Assembly (NCBI RefSeq): GCF_009914755.1
Contig: NC_060925.1
Reading direction: 5' to 3' (one strand)
Length of the DNA: 64,000 nucleotides
DNA from: the human T2T-CHM13v2.0 reference genome, Homo sapiens
The first letter of the stretch is position 1. Each line of letters starts with the position of its first letter. Both the position numbers and the translations under genes were made by a program. This document shows positions 61,276 to 64,000 of this stretch, piece by piece. The notes under the pieces were generated by a model. It had not been told where the DNA came from, ran no database searches, and worked only from the letters and a program-made list of their open reading frames with translations.

Positions 61276-61649
61276 CTGCAGGAAAACAGTTCTCAGGTCA
61301 GTCTGGGTGGCCCAGTCAGGCCCTTGGCCTCAGGGAAACCCAACGAAGCCTAAACAGAGCCTGGAACCAGATGAGCTGGGACGGGGGAGAGGGTATTCTT
61401 GGTTCAATCCTCTTGGCTCCTGATTTTCCTGTTTGTTTCTCCTCTGGATTTTAAGCCATGCCATCCTATCTGCACTGAGGCAGGCTGAGGAGTGCATGAT
61501 GGGTGGGAGGTGGCAGGAGGGAGGTGGTTAGGCCCAAGGGGCTTATGTTCTGGCTGAGCCTCTGAGACTTGGCTGAGGCCTGGGCCTTGCTGTCTTCCTG
61601 GCCCCAGACTTCCTTGCTCAATTCTGTCCCCAGCTTGGGATCGCCTCAC

Positions 61650-61694
61650 CTGGTCTCCAGGGCCTCCTTTTGTCCCAGGCTGGCCTGGCACACC
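61650..61694 (-). CDS. COL9A2: COL9A2 exon 20
   Basis: GVPGQPGTKGGPGDQ; 45 nt. Confidence 0.95.
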
Positions 61695-62951
61695 CTGCAG
61701 AAAGAAGTTGAAGTCAGTTTCTGCCCTGGCATGAGGGAGCCCCATGCACCTGCTGCTTTGCTTCCCATCCCCAATCCAGATTTCCCCCACCTGTGGGAGC
61801 TGAACAAGAGAAGGTCCAGCCACGGCATGATGAACTTAACTGTACATTCCCACAGTGGTGGCAGAGGAGTGGGGCACAGAGAATGGCCTGTCTTCCAGGA
61901 CCTGGGGTCTACGTGGAAGAGATGGATATGTGCTCTCAGGTGCCTGAGCCCATGTGAGTGCACGCAGGAACACAAGTCTGCATGTGTGCACAGAAACAGG
62001 TTTGGCCACTCAGTACCCCCACAGGGAGGGAGGGCAGGCTCCCATGGACTGGACTCCAGGAGGTATGGAATGGAGATGGCCCTGAACGATAAGAAGGCAC
62101 AAAGAGACCAGAAAGGGCATTTCAAACAGAGGGACCAGCAAAGGCCTAAAGGTGTGGAGGCAGAAAAGCCAAGGCCTGTTGAGAAGGGAAAGGACAGAGA
62201 GGGGCCATTGCTGATATGGCAGGAGGGGCAGGTTGGGGTCAGATTATGGTGGTCATTGAATGGTAAGATGAGCCATGAAGACAAAGATTGCATCTGTCCT
62301 ATTTATAATTGTTTACCTGCCACTTAGTATACCTCAGATACTCAATAACTATTTTTTTTTTTTTTTTTGAGATGGAGTCTTGCTCTGTTACCCAGGCTGG
62401 AGTGCAGTGGTGTAATCTTGGCTCAGTGCAACCTCCGCCTCCTGGGCTCAAGCAATTCTCCTGCCTCAGCCTCCTGAGTAGCTGAGATTACAGGCATGAG
62501 CCGCCACGCCCAGCTAATTTTTGTATTTTTAGTAGAGACGGGGTGTCACCACATTGGCCAGGCTGGTTTTGAACTCCTGACCTCAAGTGATCCACTCAGC
62601 TGAGCCTCCTGAAGTGCTGGGATTATAGGCATGAGCCACTGCACCCGACCTCAATAACTACTTATTGAAGGACTGGACTGAATGACTTTTTCCTGGAGGC
62701 GGTGGGGAGCCATGGAAGGTGCTATAGTGCAGAAATGGTCAGATCCCATTTAGCCAACATGGAGGACTGGAATGGCCAAAGAGAAGGCTAGAGTAATTGT
62801 CCAAGTAATGAAGCCTTCGCCAGGCCAGGGGCCACAGAGTTGGTAACAAGGCAAGAGGTGGTGATTGAGCAAGAGCCCCGGGTGTGTGTGGATTCTAACC
62901 TCATCAGCCACTAGCCCCTGGCCAGCCCCTGTGGCTCCACCTGACACTTAC

Positions 62952-63005
62952 CGCTAGGCCCTGGTGGCCTGGACTTCCGGGCCGTCCCGCCTGTCCTGCA
63001 CTGCC
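62952..63005 (-). CDS. COL9A2: COL9A2 exon 19 (codon 326 = CGG Arg)
   Basis: GSAGQAGRPGSPGHQGLA; 54 nt. Confidence 0.95.
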
Positions 63006-63208
63006 CTGGGATAGACAGATAACCAAAGATACAAATTAAAGCTCCAGCCAGAGGGCCATGGCTTCTACCCAGATGCAGGTAGGGAAACTGAGATCCAGAG
63101 GCAAGAAAGGGCATGTCCATGACCTGAGGACCCCAGGCTCTTGGTGTCTAGAATCCAGGACTCAAGGTCCTGCCCCTGCCCCAGTCCCATCAGCAGCCCC
63201 ACTCCTAC

Positions 63209-63262
63209 CTTCATGCCAGGCGTGCCTGGGGTCCCATCCTTGCCGTTGATGCCTGGGGGGCC
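63209..63262 (-). CDS. COL9A2: COL9A2 exon 18
   Basis: GPPGINGKDGTPGTPGMK; 54 nt. Confidence 0.95.
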
Positions 63263-63697
63263 CTACCCAGGAGGAAAGTTCAAGGGAGAGTGATAATGCG
63301 GAGATGTCTGGGGTCTGGCCACCCACCCCTGTTCCTCTGAGACAGCTGCAGTGTGCAGGGAGGGAGTGGCTCTGGTCATCCCAGGAAGCCCCACTGGCCA
63401 ACTGGGGGAGGGGAGTTGAAGTGGGAAGGGGATGAGGGTCACGGAACACAGTCCTTCCCTAGTGTGGAGGGTGGTGTCCCCGACTGCTGCAAGCTCCCCA
63501 TGACCTCCCGTATGTCATCACCCCTGTTTACAGGTGAAGAAACTGAGGCACAGAAAGGGAGGCATTTCCTGAGGTTATGGAGCCAGCCCACCAGTTGCAG
63601 AGTTCAGACTAGCATCCCAGGCTTCTCTTCTGGGGGTTTGGACAAAGCAGCTGGGCCCTGGCCTCTGTCCTGGTGGGCCTAGGCCTCTGGCACCTAC

Positions 63698-63751
63698 CGT
63701 TGCTCCTTTCGGGCCTGTGATCCCCTGGGGTCCACGAATACCTGGGCTGCC
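63698..63751 (-). CDS. COL9A2: COL9A2 exon 17 (gene continues beyond the window)
   Basis: GSPGIRGPQGITGPKGAT; 54 nt. Confidence 0.95.
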
Positions 63752-64000
63752 CTGCAAAGCGGAGAGAGATCAGGTCACCCTCAGGATGTTGGGCCCCTGT
63801 CTGGCTGTGCAGAGAGGGGAACCACTGAGAACAGTGGCCTCTAGGTCCCAGAGTTCCTCTGGCACAGGCCACACCATGCAGGGGCCGGAGGAGAGAGCCT
63901 TGGGAGTACCCTTCCTGCCCTGGCACCAGCAGGAGGGAGGAGAAGTCAGTGCCAGGAGGCCAGGCTGGGCTGAGCCAGAGCAGGGGTGGGAGCCAGAATC

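Overview
Human genomic DNA (chr1p34.2 by gene content), Alu-rich (about 60 Alu copies or fragments). Left to right: the complete 2-exon TMCO2 gene (+, 182 aa); a CpG-island promoter and the complete 10-exon ZMPSTE24 gene (+, 475-aa prelamin A zinc metalloprotease, HELGH motif); and the 3' half of COL9A2 (-, last 16 exons, i.e. exons 17-32, carrying the Arg326 allele). All exons were rebuilt by hand from GT-AG sites and join into open frames. Most ORF-track entries are Alu or antisense artefacts. No new protein system was found. The most unusual signals are RNA/retroposition footprints and small duplications: (1) an 82-bp near-perfect copy of the ZMPSTE24 transcription-start region pasted into an intron-1 Alu; (2) a snaR-ancestor-like (ASR/CAS) Pol III element fused to an AluY inside one target-site duplication; (3) a ~105-bp duplicated COL9A2 intron segment carrying a 5' splice site; (4) a full-length Hsmar1 mariner with SETMAR-type TIR sites; (5) a 24-nt micro-retrocopy. 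Also noted: a candidate ZMPSTE24 uORF and poison exon, and a very young AluYc1-like insertion. Repeat family names and variant identities are from memory and need RepeatMasker/BLAST confirmation.
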